Shown: positions 45,048-58,009 of the stretch, piece by piece
Layout: the number at the start of each line of letters is the position of its first letter
Position numbering within the stretch: position 1 is the stretch's first letter
Assembly: GCA_052426225.1 (NCBI GenBank)
Contig: JBNJNM010000009.1
Span: 1 to 64,000, forward strand
Length of the DNA: 64,000 bases
Direction of reading: 5' to 3'
Origin: Zancudomyces culisetae HAW-14-8
Lineage: Eukaryota > Fungi > Kickxellomycota
Position numbers and translations under genes: made by a program
Notes under the pieces: generated by a model
What the model was told of the DNA's origin: nothing
The model's input: the letters and a program-made list of their open reading frames with translations, nothing else
Database searches by the model: none

Positions 45048-47449
45048 TATTGAAAATTTAACTAATGACTTTTATAAATACTATGTATTTTTTATAAGCT
45101 GGTTGAGTACCTAGCGAAAGAAAAGATGGTAAAGATTCATCAGGAAACAGGGGACATCAGTTTATATATGGTTTAAATTTATTTTATTTAGTTAGTTTTA
45201 CTTATTTTATAAAAATTATACAGTGATGTCTGTCATTACACACATCATTACGTATAAAGTTTCTAAATTTAAACACTCTTTTTATCGATTTAATTTTTTA
45301 CCAAATTTTAAGGTAATGGATTAATCGATAAAAATAGTATCTAGGAAAGAATTTTCGATTTATAATAAAGATTGGTACACACACATAATTGTATCTGGAT
45401 AAGTGAAGCATAATCAACTATTTATTAATGTTATTCTTGACTTGTTAAAAAGTTATTAGCACAATCTGGACTATTATCAACTTATCAAAGTATATTATTA
45501 TGAATTTAAAAGCTAAGCAAAATATCAAATTATAGTTGTCCTAAACTTGTAAAGCATTAAATAAAACAAAAAGAATATTACCCAATAAAGATAGCGAGAA
45601 TCTTGTTTAAAAATATGGAAAAATATGTCAACTTCCGTTCATGAAGCCATAAAAAATGTGAGAATTTTTAGGGCAAGTCTCGGACATGTTATATTTACAA
45701 ATCTTTTCAGTCCAACTTCATGATCTCCGAAACTCTAAAATCTCAACACCCATACACTTTTACTATACATTTCTATCAAAAAAAATTAAACGCGACCTTT
45801 TTATGAACAAATAGTGCGAGAGTGTGAGATCCTACATTTCAATAAATAACCTCCAAACCAATAGCTGTAATATCGTAAATATTGTGATTGATCTAGATGA
45901 TTACTACCTCACATTATTTCTAAATAAAAGTTAACATTCAATTATATTCTTTAGGCTCTAGTAAATTATCAAGTTCAGGTTTGCTAAGTTTATGGGCTCA
46001 ATTTTAATAAATTAATGACTTTAGCTAGAACTAAAATAAAATCCCTGTCAGTGCGATAAATTAACTTTTTTTTGATCTAGTTCTTAATAAGTATATTTGA
46101 TTGTAACTTTTAATAAACATAAATGACGTTTATAAAAGATCTAGAATGATAAATAAAAGAAAATGTACATAGTTTAATAATTATTTATTAGTAAAATAAA
46201 ACTGGAATACTCATGTTAAAAGTAAATATCAGAGAGAAGGTCAACTAAACTCAACTATCCACAAGCGAGCTGTATATTGTAGAAAATATGTATTTAAAAT
46301 TCCATCTAACAAAAATATAAAAATGTCAAAAATACCGTGATTTAGTTTAGTATCATTTCGTTGCACTCTCAGATAGCTAACAAGCAAGAAGCAGTAATAA
46401 AATATAGTAGTGTTATATGTCATAATAAAACTTCAGGCACAGGAATATAAATTAAAAAACTTAGAAGTACTGGCAGCCAAGATCTAACAGTAATTCGTTG
46501 TGTTTTTTCTAGTTAGCTAGTCACGCAGTTGTAGGAACCCGGTTATATAAGGCAAAAATCATGCGGAATAAAGAGCCAGACAACAGCACAGGATGGTTAT
46601 AATCAAATTGTTGTGCCTTATTGCACTCTTTTCAGTTTCCGCTCAATCCCAAGATAGTGATCTAGCCAAATTAAAATCTTTAAAAAACTTTTTTCACATA
46701 ATGGTAGTGTACTAAAAATAATAATTAAAATAATATAAAAATGAAAGATTAAACTAACCTCCACACGGCCAACTTAGCCAAATACAAGGTATGTAAAAAA
46801 AAGGTGAACTAGCCCCAAAAAACGTCTACCTTTCAAACAATAATGCAGGATTTGTAGATCTCAATGTCGTCGTCGTAAAGTATGCAGACCTTACTGCCAC
46901 CGTCATCGCAATCGAAAGTGTAGGCACTAGTGTAGGCAAAAGTATAGGCAAATATTTTGGCCCCTCCAAAAATGTAGGCCATGACCACCACCACTATCAT
47001 TGTTTTAGAATATACATGTATCTTAACAATATTGTATATTAAATACAATAAAATTAATTTATATTAATGATATACTTGTGATTCATATATTATTGTATTA
47101 CAAGTTTATATTATTTATTTTGTGATAAGTATTAGTTTATAGCATTAATATTGATACTCAAAATAAATAATGAACGTATCAACATTAATATTTTTTAAAT
47201 TAAATAATATGTTTTTTAGTTTAAATTATATATTAATAATTATTTCAAACTTAATTGAATAAAATGAGATAATATACCTTTACATGTAAAATTTGTTTGT
47301 ATATCACGTTTAACGACAATAAAGTTAATAAAAATATTATTTCATGTATTACTGCGAGTTTTATACTAATTATTAATAATAGCTTTTATAAATTAACTGT
47401 GTGTTAATTTGTTAATACTAACTTTACTTGGTATAATTTCGGTAATAAA

Positions 47450-50400
47450 ACAGAGTCACAGCTCCAAGAGCCACAGTTGGTCCAGGAGCAGAGGCAGCCC
47501 CGTTTCAATACTCCTAAGAATAATTTTCGGGGTGGCAGCAGCATCAGACCCCGAAAGTAGGGGGTTGACTGAAGCTATTCCAGGAGGCATGGAAGAAGCT
47601 TACCGATCACCAATGGGTACTCCAGGTGATCAAGGAAGGGTTCCGAATCCCCTTCAATGCGCATCCTCGCACGGTCAAGCAGCCAAAGCCGTGCGTGAAG
47701 GACTTAATGAAACTTCCGGAAAAGCTCGTCGAGCAGGAGATTACAAGTCTCCTCTCCAAAAAAGCTATAGAGGAAGTTTCAGCAGCGCAGCCAGGATTCT
47801 TCTCAAGGACATTCACCGTCCCAAAGAAGAATGGAGGAACACGGATGGTTCTCAACCTGAGACCTTTAAACCAGTACATCCCCGAGCAGCATTTCAAGAT
47901 GGAATCACTGAACACCATCTCGCGAATGTTGCGAAAGGGTGACTGGATGACAAGCATCGATCTCAGCGATGCTTTCTTGCATGTGCTCTTCAACAAGGCG
48001 TCAAGAAAATATCTCAGGTTGACGTGAGGCCATCGCGTCTACCAGTACAGGGTACTGCCATTTGATCTGTCCTTAAGCCCGCTAGTATTCACCAAAATAT
48101 TAAAGCCAGTTCTCAAGTGGGCCAGAGCTCGAGGGATCCGAATCTCGAGCTACTTGGACGATTTGCTGGTCTTGGGATCAACCAGAAGCGAGTGTAGCAA
48201 GTACACTACGATGGTTGCAAACAAGCTAGCCAAATTAGGGTTCATTTTAAACAACGAGAAGTCGTCAATGAACCCCAAGCAGTCTATCAGCCATTTGGGT
48301 ATGGACATCAACACCCGCCAAATGAGCTTCAGGATTCCCAAGCAGAAACTCAGGGATCTCACGCGAGAGGCATCCAAACTGATCAGGAATGGGAAGACGA
48401 CGCTGAGATGCTTAGCATCTTTCATTGGCAAGACACAGGCAGTGAACATCGCTCTCCGTCCAGGCAGACTCATGAGCAGGAGGCTTTTGGAGCTCAAGAA
48501 TGCCACCCTGCGGACCACGCGGGATTGGAGCACAGAAGTATCTTTGGATCAGCCAGCTCTAGACAACCTGATCTGGTGGAGAGATCATCTGAAGGAATGG
48601 AACGGCCTGAGCTTCCTCCCAGAGATTCCGGAAGTGGAAGTCTACACAGACGCGAGCGACTTCCATTGGGGGATAGTTATTGGTCAGAGCCAGTACTCAG
48701 GAATATGGACCAAAGCACAGTCCAAGCTCCCGATCAACGCCAAGGAGCTACTAGCCATATACAAGGCTATCAAGATGCCCCAGGTAAAGGGCAGGAGTGT
48801 GGTTGTATACTGCGACAACAACACCTCCATCAGCTATGTCAAGAAACAGGGAGGGACCAGATCACCCAACCTGCTAGACATATCGGAACTGATGTGGAAA
48901 CACTGCATCAGCAACGGGACCAGGGTACAGATCCAGTACGTACCATCCATTGTGAATCCGGCAGACGCCCCATCCCGGCTTCTTTGCAGACCGAATGGTC
49001 GATATCGGAAAGAGTGTTTCAAAGGATTCAAAAATACTTTGGTCCTCACAATATCGACATGTTTGCGAGCAGCACCAATAACAAACTGAACACATTTGTG
49101 AGTTGGAAATACTGCCCCGAAGCAGTCAGGATCAACGAATTCAACCACAGTTGGACAGCGCGGAAGAATCCATACATGTGTCCACCGTGGAATCTGATCC
49201 AGCGTACCATCCAGAAGATCCGTCAGGAGAGAATCACAGCGACTCTGATCACGCCGTTCTGGAGATCAGCCCCGTGGTATCCGGACCTGAAGAGCCTGTC
49301 AATTGCACCGCCAATCAAGATTCATCCGTCAGCAGTTATCCCAGACCCGAGAAGCGGAAAAGCAGCGACAATGCGCAACAAGACATGGTCACTTACGGCT
49401 TGGCGGTTAAGCGCGCAAGGTATCAGGAAGCAGGATTAGATGACCAGGTCATCAATTTGATGCTCGACAACACTCGAGTTAAGACCAAGCAGAAGAAATA
49501 TCTGAGCCCGAAGACCAAGTTCCTACAGTGGCTTTCTACATCTTCAATCTCCATAGAAAACGTAACAGTCGTTGACGTTATCAACTATCTGGAGCAGCAG
49601 CGGAAGGCGCTAAACTGGAGACTCGGAACAGTCAAGAACTACAAGTCCGCCATTCTTGACATAACCAGTGATTGGGCTTCTTTCAGTGACGATCCACTAA
49701 TGAAAGAGTATCTCAAACAACTATCTTCATCAAACGTCAGATTCTTTGACATATCGCTTTATGACATCAGTCCAATCATTGACCACATCTGGAAACTTGG
49801 GCCTAACTCCAGAATGTCAAAGTATGACTTGAAAGCAAAACTATGCTGGCTCATAGCCATCTGTGGCTTTCTCAGGCCAAGCGACATTGAGAGGATTGAC
49901 GACAGCAAGACGTCAGTGACAAGAGAATACATCAAGTTTATTATTGTTGGACCAAAGGAGAAACGCAATGGAACTCCAATTGAAAAAGTTTCTATAATCC
50001 ATGCACACTCTGACAAAAAATTATGTCCGGTTGAAACTTATCAGGTTTACAAAAAGCGGATTGCGGTTACACCATGCGTAAAACCACATCCTTTGCTCGA
50101 CGGAAACTCAATATCCTATCTCATCAGGAGTCTCAAGGACCACAGTACTAACATTGGAGCACAGCGTATTAGCAAGCACATTAACAAACTTATGTCGCTT
50201 ATACCATTACCGCCAAACGCTAAAGTACCAAAAGCAAGAGCACTTGGATCAACTCGTGCTACTTCATCAGGTGCAACATATGATGATGTTATTACTCAAG
50301 GATTTTGGGCAAGCAGAGGAATATTTGATACATACTATCAGTTATCACGAAGAACAAGAGAAAATTTGACTCTACACGTATTAAACTCTGAAGCAACATA

Positions 50401-50850
50401 ATTGTATCTGGCCAATGAAGCATAATAATATGTTTAGTTGAATATAATGAAAACTTATTATTATTATGCGAATGCTAGATACAATTATGTCCCACCCAGC
50501 CCCGCCCTAACCTAGCTCAACCGATGGTAAGGAACTCAAGAAAACTGGAAAACAGACGGTTTATATACTTTATTTTCATTTTGTTGTTGTTTTAAGATAA
50601 TTTTACATATTTTTAACCCAAATGTTATGAGAAATTTTATTACTGAATTCAAACTCTTTAGAATATTCTTGATTTCATAATTTCAGATTACGAAATTTCG
50701 AACATATTGGCACATTTGAAAAAAATTTTGGGGTTTAAGTATTTAGTATCTAGGAAAGAATTCGAAATTAAATATAGATTTATAACACGTAATGGTATCT
50801 GACATTTTCATAATAATAATAAGTTTTCTTTATATTCAACTAAATATATT
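47450..50850 (+). mobile_element. 5'-truncated DIRS element F, a diverged relative of E; pol has a stop at 48025-48027 and a frameshift near 48980
   Basis: RT/RH/MT homologous to E; ICR at 50397-50490; right terminus at ~50787-50850; most of gag and the left ITR are missing. Confidence 0.9.
49103..50401 (+). CDS. Tyrosine recombinase of DIRS F
   Basis: GFLRPSD...KARALGST...FDTYYQLSRRTRENL...NSEAT. Confidence 0.85.
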   Translation: MEILPRSSQDQRIQPQLDSAEESIHVSTVESDPAYHPEDPSGENHSDSDHAVLEISPVVSGPEEPVNCTANQDSSVSSYPRPEKRKSSDNAQQDMVTYGLAVKRARYQEAGLDDQVINLMLDNTRVKTKQKKYLSPKTKFLQWLSTSSISIENVTVVDVINYLEQQRKALNWRLGTVKNYKSAILDITSDWASFSDDPLMKEYLKQLSSSNVRFFDISLYDISPIIDHIWKLGPNSRMSKYDLKAKLCWLIAICGFLRPSDIERIDDSKTSVTREYIKFIIVGPKEKRNGTPIEKVSIIHAHSDKKLCPVETYQVYKKRIAVTPCVKPHPLLDGNSISYLIRSLKDHSTNIGAQRISKHINKLMSLIPLPPNAKVPKARALGSTRATSSGATYDDVITQGFWASRGIFDTYYQLSRRTRENLTLHVLNSEAT

Positions 50851-50892
50851 AAGATTATTTTAAAGTATTAGATTAAAATTAATAAAATCTAA

Positions 50893-51300
50893 ATGTCAGG
50901 TCTCATAAAGCAAATCAGGACAGCCATAATCCAGCAGTTCCGAGATGATGGTCGCTATTCATCAGATAGCGACCGACCATTGAGTGTCTTCTATGGAAAT
51001 TGAATCGATCTCCTCACGTGACCCGTTTCATGATTTGGAAGATATAATCAATCAATAGCTTGTAACCATGTGAAACCCGACAAACGAACGTGATCCACCC
51101 GGTCACGTCCGACATAATCTATACATTTTATAAAGTACTGATGAGATTTTAGTTGCAAAAATTCTAACATTTAATAATGAATTCATGGTAAAGAATTGCT
51201 CAAGAAAAGATTATGAAGTTATATAAAGAGTAGGTAGGATTTAATTTTAACCGTGCATTTTCATGTCAATTTATTATTCTTTATTCAACTAAACATACTA
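50893..51300 (+). mobile_element. Decayed mini-DIRS derivative (short ORF remnant plus terminus remnant)
   Basis: MSGLIKQIRTAIIQQFRDDGRYSSDSDR, then ATGGTAAAGA and TTCAACTAAACAT terminal motifs. Confidence 0.55.
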
Positions 51301-52967
51301 ATTAAGTTTAAAATTAAATTCATTTATAAATGGGAAATATGGTATTAATGGTTTTCACAAACCATTCTACAATTATGATTATTAAAATACCATGTAGCTG
51401 TAAATCTAATAGGTAGTCTTTTCACAACTTGAATGAAATAGTCACATGATATATTTTATAGAATCTACAACATCTTTCAACAAATGAATACGTTGCAAGC
51501 TTAACCAATTGTATAATACTTTAATCCGAAGATTACTAGAATTATATTTATTATTTTTGATATGTTGAAGTCAATTAACAATTGCGAAATTCGTAATTCA
51601 GAGCAAAACACCTGAATAAGGCCCAAATTATAAACTTAACTGCCTGTATGAGAAATCTCTACAATTTAAAGCTTTTTACCATTTATAGCTACATATAATA
51701 AAAGGTTATCTTTTTCCTATCACTTAATTTTCTGGATAGTAGGTAAAAAGGTTCAAAGAATTTAGATGGAGTGGTTTACATTTAATTTAAAAGAACGAAA
51801 GCACTTTTTAATACTTTTTGAAAGTTAAGTATAACTGAACAGCAAGAATAGTTTGATTTACTAAACAGATGAAAAAAGTGTTATTTATTATAAATAAGAA
51901 AATAATATATTAATAATATTAATGTCTCGACTTTTGAGAAATTATTGAATTTATTTCATAATATGAATGTTAATAGTTGGAATATTTTAAAATATTGAAA
52001 AATAATACAAGGCCTATTTCATTATCTACTTATGAGAGAACAAAGTCGAGTTTAGCCTAAATAGACGATGCATACATTAATAACAAAATATTAAACATAT
52101 TGGATTTCTCATCAGTTGTAATTTGTAAGTTAATTTTATTGATACTCTTATTTGACAGTTATGCATTTGAGTTTGTTCTATAAAATTAATAAAATTTTTA
52201 GAAAAGTTAATTTGTTGCATCTGAACATTATAATAGTACACAATATTGTTAATTATAAACTATAGTTGTTTTACTCGAGTATATCTTAGTAGCCAATAGC
52301 CTCCAAGTAGGGAATAAAACATTTCTACTAGATTAAAACAGCAACCAAAAATAAAACATCTATAGAGTCTGATCTAAACTACTTTAGGTTTCTCAATAGA
52401 CTGCAACTATGGAAATTAGTACTACAATCAACAGATTAAAGAAGCTAAGATGAGGTGATTTTATCGGGGTTTTTATTTGTATAACTGTTTATTTTAGTGC
52501 TATTTACTTTACGATTCAAATCAGTTACACTGTTTTTCCTCGATTAATGAATACATTTTAATAACAATTTTTGATAGTCCATATGTGTTCGATATACTTT
52601 AGATACAATAGCATATTTACATTAAGAAAATTAATAGACTAATTGATTTCATATACAAAGTTAAACTACATTTTAGGTACTTCACTACCAAAAATCTAGA
52701 GTTAAGCGGTCTCCATAGATATATTAAGTTGTTTTATAATTTGTCTATAATATCACTAAAAATACAATATATACTTCAAAGATCTTCAGATCAGCTTTAA
52801 TTTAATATAAAAACAAATTCTGAGAATATATTTTTGTAAAGTTTTTTTATGCTATGCTATAAAATAGTAGCTAAATTAAATGTGAATGATATAATGAAAA
52901 TAAGAGTAACTATGCAAATTTAAATGCGTTCTTGACGGCTCGTGAAGTAATGCACTTTCATCACTTA

Positions 52968-53390
52968 TCAAATTGTCCAATAAACTGAATTTGCAAGCCC
53001 TCCAATATCTTTCTGCATATCTCCGGGGGTATACCAGACTTGTCTTGGCTGAGCCCGGCAGTAACCATCGCAGTTGGTTCCAGTGCAGAACATTATTGTT
53101 CCTTCACCAGGCGTACCACCATTAAGCAAGCAGGAACCAGTAGTTGGCATGACATAGCATCGATTTGGATTAATTGTTTTGAAACCAATTCTATTTATCC
53201 TTGACCTTTGTGCAAACATTTCAATATTTAGAAATTTGTTAGGGTATTGCTTTTTATTGTCTCCATAGCAGATGTTGCGATTGTCGTCGTCTTGCCTTTT
53301 AGAAATATTTGTCTGGGTATCTGGAATGCTAGCACCAGCTACAAGCTTTGAGGCAATCAAAACTGCGGTTGTCAACAAAATGTTTACCAT
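52968..53390 (-). CDS. Small secreted Cys protein, beta/gamma-crystallin-like family; KR processing site
   Basis: Signal peptide, ISKR, IEMF...PNRCY...FCxxxNCxGxC...SVYW. Confidence 0.82.
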   Translation of the reverse strand: MVNILLTTAVLIASKLVAGASIPDTQTNISKRQDDDNRNICYGDNKKQYPNKFLNIEMFAQRSRINRIGFKTINPNRCYVMPTTGSCLLNGGTPGEGTIMFCTGTNCDGYCRAQPRQVWYTPGDMQKDIGGLANSVYWTI

Positions 53391-55847
53391 CTTAATTTAT
53401 TTTTTGACTATTTAATCTAAACACCTTTTATCTAGGACACAGTTGAAATGTTATTGAATTGTATAGAATAGGATTCTGAAAAAAACCTGGACTTTTTATA
53501 CTTTTTTTGTTGTGACCTTCTTGTTTGTATGTATAATGGTGTATTGAATTAAAAGTTACTAGACAAAATTGCTAGATAGCTGGTAACAATGACATTACAA
53601 CTATTGTCAATATATCCGAATCAATGACGAATTCATTCCTCTATCAGCTCACTCAGAATAGTAGAACTATATTTAGATTATTATATTTATAAGTGTGTTA
53701 ATAGCTATCAGAGTTAACATGTAATAAGATAACTTGTTTTATGATACCTAATTTCAATGCTTTTACCTTGATGTTCTCTAAAAATTAAAGAAAAACAAAG
53801 GCTTTTACTTAGAGAACCAATATTTTTGGTCGTTTGCATTTGAACGAAAGCGAAAAAAAATTATTTTTAGTAATCTATTCCGGTTTTTGAGGGAAATGTG
53901 AAATCTAAAAAAAAGACATATCACAGTATAAACGGTACCGGTGGCATTCAGGGTTTGTAAATTATTTATCATGTACTAGATGACCCGAAGTACGCTTGTT
54001 TTTTTTTGAAATTGCATATTCTATTTTAAATCATATCGTAATCAGCATTTATAATTTGTTGAATATGTTGCATATACCTATATAATTGTGATACGAGAAT
54101 ATTTGTAATGATAGATGTACAGAGTGCTTACTGATTGGAAGCGTCATTCAAATTCTAGCGCTTAATTGATTGGCCCATTTTAAGCAAATATGGTTATTAA
54201 CCTCACTTCGGGATTATAGTACGAATTATATTTATGCCTTTAGAGATAATTGACATATTAATTAGGCTCTTCTACATGTTAATTTCAAGACTAGGTAGGC
54301 GCATGATTCTAATTTAGGTAATTTAATCTTTTTATAAATAAGATTTAATGAGCAACTTTTAAAAACAATCTTAAATGTTGAAGGAAAAAGGATCAACATT
54401 AAAAACTCGCAATTTCACGATAAATCGAACCGACACCTTGGAGTATACTATCGAAAGTATGAGGCTAGGGTAGTCTCCTGGTTGACCATGCCACATATAA
54501 AGATTAATATTACTTTATTGGGCTTTGTTTACTTATAATTATAAGCCAAGTGTACTCTTTTTGATGAAAACATGTAAATATTTATTCATAAGGCTATTAT
54601 TTAGACATTAAAAACAATTTGATTCCGTTCTTTTCTATCTTTGTAAGAATGTTTTGCACGTTACTTTAGCTTTCAAATAGCTTAATATCGGGATATATTA
54701 AGGTCATTATTATTAGGTAAACTGAAAGCATCATTAGCATATGAATACATCACATTGTGTGATTGATAATACACCTTGATTTAGAACACGGGTTAATTCT
54801 ACTCACTTACTAATAGAAAATGCCTTTGAATAATTTATTAGTGTAAGTGCTGTCTTTCTCGAGGCTAGAAACTCGAAATCTATCTTGTCTTTTAAAACGC
54901 TCTTTGGCCTTGTTAGTTATCTGGTGTATTCGTTGGTGAGAGGTATAGAAACGTAATTTTAGGTTCAAAAAAAAATTGTAACTATTACCAATCTAATAAT
55001 TAAACCCAATTGCCACCTCTTGTCGGGAAGTATCGAAATAAAGAGTATTGTTCCTTGGAATTGCAGGAACGGATCATTTTGTCGGTTTTACATCTTTTTC
55101 AAGGACGTATAATAGTTTATGGGTCTATTTTCTCTTTTTAATGGGAATTTTGTGGAATAGTGTTATTTTTAGATGAATTAAAATATCGCTTTAGATAAAC
55201 CTTTTCAAATGGTAAATCAAATTTGGATGTTATTATTTATTTATTTCAATTACGTAACCGTTTTTACTTGTTGGGATTTAATGCTTTTAAACTATCTGAA
55301 CTGCGAAATCAAAAAATCGGAACAGAATTAGTGTTGATTAGGTAATAATTACGCAAATTTTTTCAATCTACCAGTTACAATAAGGGCACAATTCATGAGC
55401 AGAAAAAATTGCTCTACTACCTTATAAGATTACTAGTTCTAGTATACCACTACATTGTAAGCGAGGCTAGCAAATATAGAAAAGTTGTCAAAGATTAAAA
55501 TTAGAAACTATGAATTACATAACACCTAAACTATCATTTTTTATTACACTTTCATTCAGCCTAATGCTTTGAAACTAGATGCTTTCTCGACTTTCTAAAA
55601 ATTGAACACTTTTTAAAATATATTGGAAACACTACAATTGGTCACCTTACGCAGTTTCAAGAGTAGTATAGATGCAACAGAGAGAAAAAAAAAGTATAAA
55701 ATGTTCAGAATATCGTTGAAACAAGATGTACATCAACAATTGAAGTTTCTTCATACAACACAAAAAGACATATTATAGTCATCATCATTTTCATACTGCA
55801 TCAGCGCATTAGCTTGTCACAATTTTATTTAAATTCGAGTATCAAAT

Positions 55848-56207
55848 ATGGTAAAGTCAACACTAGCACTTCTTGCGGCCGTAGTTTCTACGTTTCCAGT
55901 AAATGCTAAATTCCAAACCCTGCATGCCAAAATATTTTCAGGATATCGATTTTCTGGTGCTGTCGTGGATGAACTCCAGATGGTAAAACATCAATGTTAT
56001 AACATTAACCCTGGCAGATCGGGACAATACCTTAACCCCACTGATGGATCAGGAGCACTTATAATGTGTAGGGAAAGAAATTGTCAGGGTGTATGTACGG
56101 CAAACACCGATTTTATAAGAACAGGTAATTGGGACTTCTATCTTGATGTCGGTACAAGCGTTCTTTCTATGAAATGGATAGCATTCGGTCTTGCCGCCAA
56201 CGAATAA
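55848..56207 (+). CDS. Small secreted Cys protein, beta/gamma-crystallin-like family (chimeric 5' end)
   Basis: Signal peptide, KIFSGYRFSG...CYNI...S...MCxxxNCxGxC...SMKW. Confidence 0.85.
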   Translation: MVKSTLALLAAVVSTFPVNAKFQTLHAKIFSGYRFSGAVVDELQMVKHQCYNINPGRSGQYLNPTDGSGALIMCRERNCQGVCTANTDFIRTGNWDFYLDVGTSVLSMKWIAFGLAANE

Positions 56208-56510
56208 ATTGTTACTTTAGAGCATAGTTTAGTTGGTAGTAAATTTGTTTTTATTTAATTTGAACGTATACTTGAATAAAGTTACAATTCTATTATCAAA
56301 ATGATTAGCATATTAACTTTAATATAGTTAACAAAGTGACACAAACACACAAAGATATATTTTAATTTGAGTACAAAATTAACCTTGTCACAAATATACT
56401 AAATATCACAAAGATTAGTAGGTAAAAAACTCCAAATAATATCTACTAAGCATTTCTTGACTTTCTCAAAGATTCTATACCTACTGGTAGTTTGTTAAAA
56501 GAGGTTATTC

Positions 56511-56925
56511 TAATATATTTAGTTGAATGTATTGAAAACTTATTATTATTACACAAAACACCAGAAATAATTATGTTTACTTAATCTTTATATAATTTTG
56601 AAATCTTTCCTAGATCATAAATATTTTGACTCGAAAAAATTTCCAAGTGTTAGCGATTTAGTATCTGACTGCGATCACTAAATTTATTTAGTAATTTCTA
56701 ACACGATAATAAAATTATTTTTGAAAATGAAGGGTTAAAAGTATGTAAATGGTTTTTCTTAATAAAAACAAAAGTGAAAGTAAAAGTATATTACCGATTA
56801 TTTTTCTACTTTCTTGATTCCTTACATTTATTTGTGTGCTAGATTGGGCAGAACTGGGTGAAACATAATCTTATCTGGATATTCGCAAAATAAATATAAT
56901 TTTCATTTCAAACTAAACAAATTAG
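56511..56925 (-). mobile_element. Decayed DIRS terminal remnant (terminal repeat plus ICR)
   Basis: TTTAGTTGAATG..GAAAACTTATTATTATT at ~56518 and ACATAAT..TATCTGGATATTCGCA at ~56863, like 40877-41298. Confidence 0.7.
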
Positions 56926-57416
56926 ACTATTAATCTAGAATTTTTATTCTCGGCCAAGTCGTTGAGTATTAACCCTCAACTTTATGCGTTTAATTAGCCT
57001 GATTTCGGGCCTTTTCTTTATCGTTTCAGTTTTTATAGCTTTTTTTTATTTAATAGAAATTCTTAGTTTTCACATCTTTATACCGATAATAAGCTAATAA
57101 CTAGCGTTTATAAAATCTGGCATTTTGTAAAATGTATAAACTGAAGACTGACATACATTTTGTTACACTTACATTATATTATTAATAAGAAATTTTGACG
57201 AAATTTGACATAAGAATTTGGTGTAAAGTCAATTTATCCCTTTTCACACATAATCTATTTATTTATACTATATGTTTGGAATGTTTATTCATAAAAAAGT
57301 TTAAAAATAACAATAAAAGTTTCCTAAATCTGCTTTAAATCTTTAACCTTTAAGTATGTTTAAATTATGATCAAGTTGGGAAATGAAATCAAATCCATTT
57401 GTAGGTTTGAATCGCA

Positions 57417-57841
57417 TTAATTGTACGGAGTAATCCAAAAATAAGATACCGCATAGACTTGACCAATATAAAACCACGAATCATAAATCTCATTTCCACT
57501 ACTCATATTATGGACATAACAGCTGTCACTACATTTAATTCTCTACAGACCATAAAGCCACCTCTATTCTCATTCACACCAACCATTTTAACAGATGAAA
57601 AATTACTCTCATTGTAGCATGTGTTTGGTTTGACATTAAAGGTACCTTTTAGGGCTTTGAAACCACCACCAACAAATAACTGAACTGCCATATTATCACG
57701 CCTAAAGTTTTTTTTGACAAGATTGGTTTGTAAAATTTGATCCTCATAGGCTGTTTGTAAGGCGTGGTAATTTGCACTTTGCGGCAAAGCTGAACAAAGT
57801 ATACCAATGCTGAATATACTGAGAATTACTGACTTGATCAT
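57417..57841 (-). pseudogene. Small secreted Cys protein of the same family with a 1-nt frameshift near 57540
   Basis: VQLFVGGGFK...PNTCY...SS...MVCRE; the shifted frame continues KCSDSCY...VSYFWITPYN*. Confidence 0.72.
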
Positions 57842-58009
57842 TTTGGCTTTTTTTCTTTTTCGATGCTATTATGAATTGTTGATTATAATTCGGTTTTGAT
57901 TTACCTTCTTCCGACTTGAAAAAAAGTTCTCTTTTTATAATTTTCACAAACAAAGGGATGTACCTCCAACCATAATAATTTTTTACACTTTTGAGTATTG
58001 TAGTATTTT

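Larger units (their letters stand above)
40877..45414 (-). mobile_element. Complete DIRS1-like tyrosine-recombinase retrotransposon E
   Basis: Near-identical inverted terminal repeats (~40926-41200 / ~45125-45400). Internal complementary region 41233-41329 matches both outer termini. Intact gag, RT/RH/MT and YR ORFs. Confidence 0.95.

Noticed and set aside
46440-47048. Slightly GC-richer patch with a 71-aa ORF
   Set aside because: No recognisable motif; possibly a decayed gene but unsupported
53970-54225. Imperfect inverted repeat (GTACTAGATGACCCGAAGT / ACTTCGGGATTATAGTAC), possible MITE
   Set aside because: Short, mismatched, no TSD and no second copy in the window
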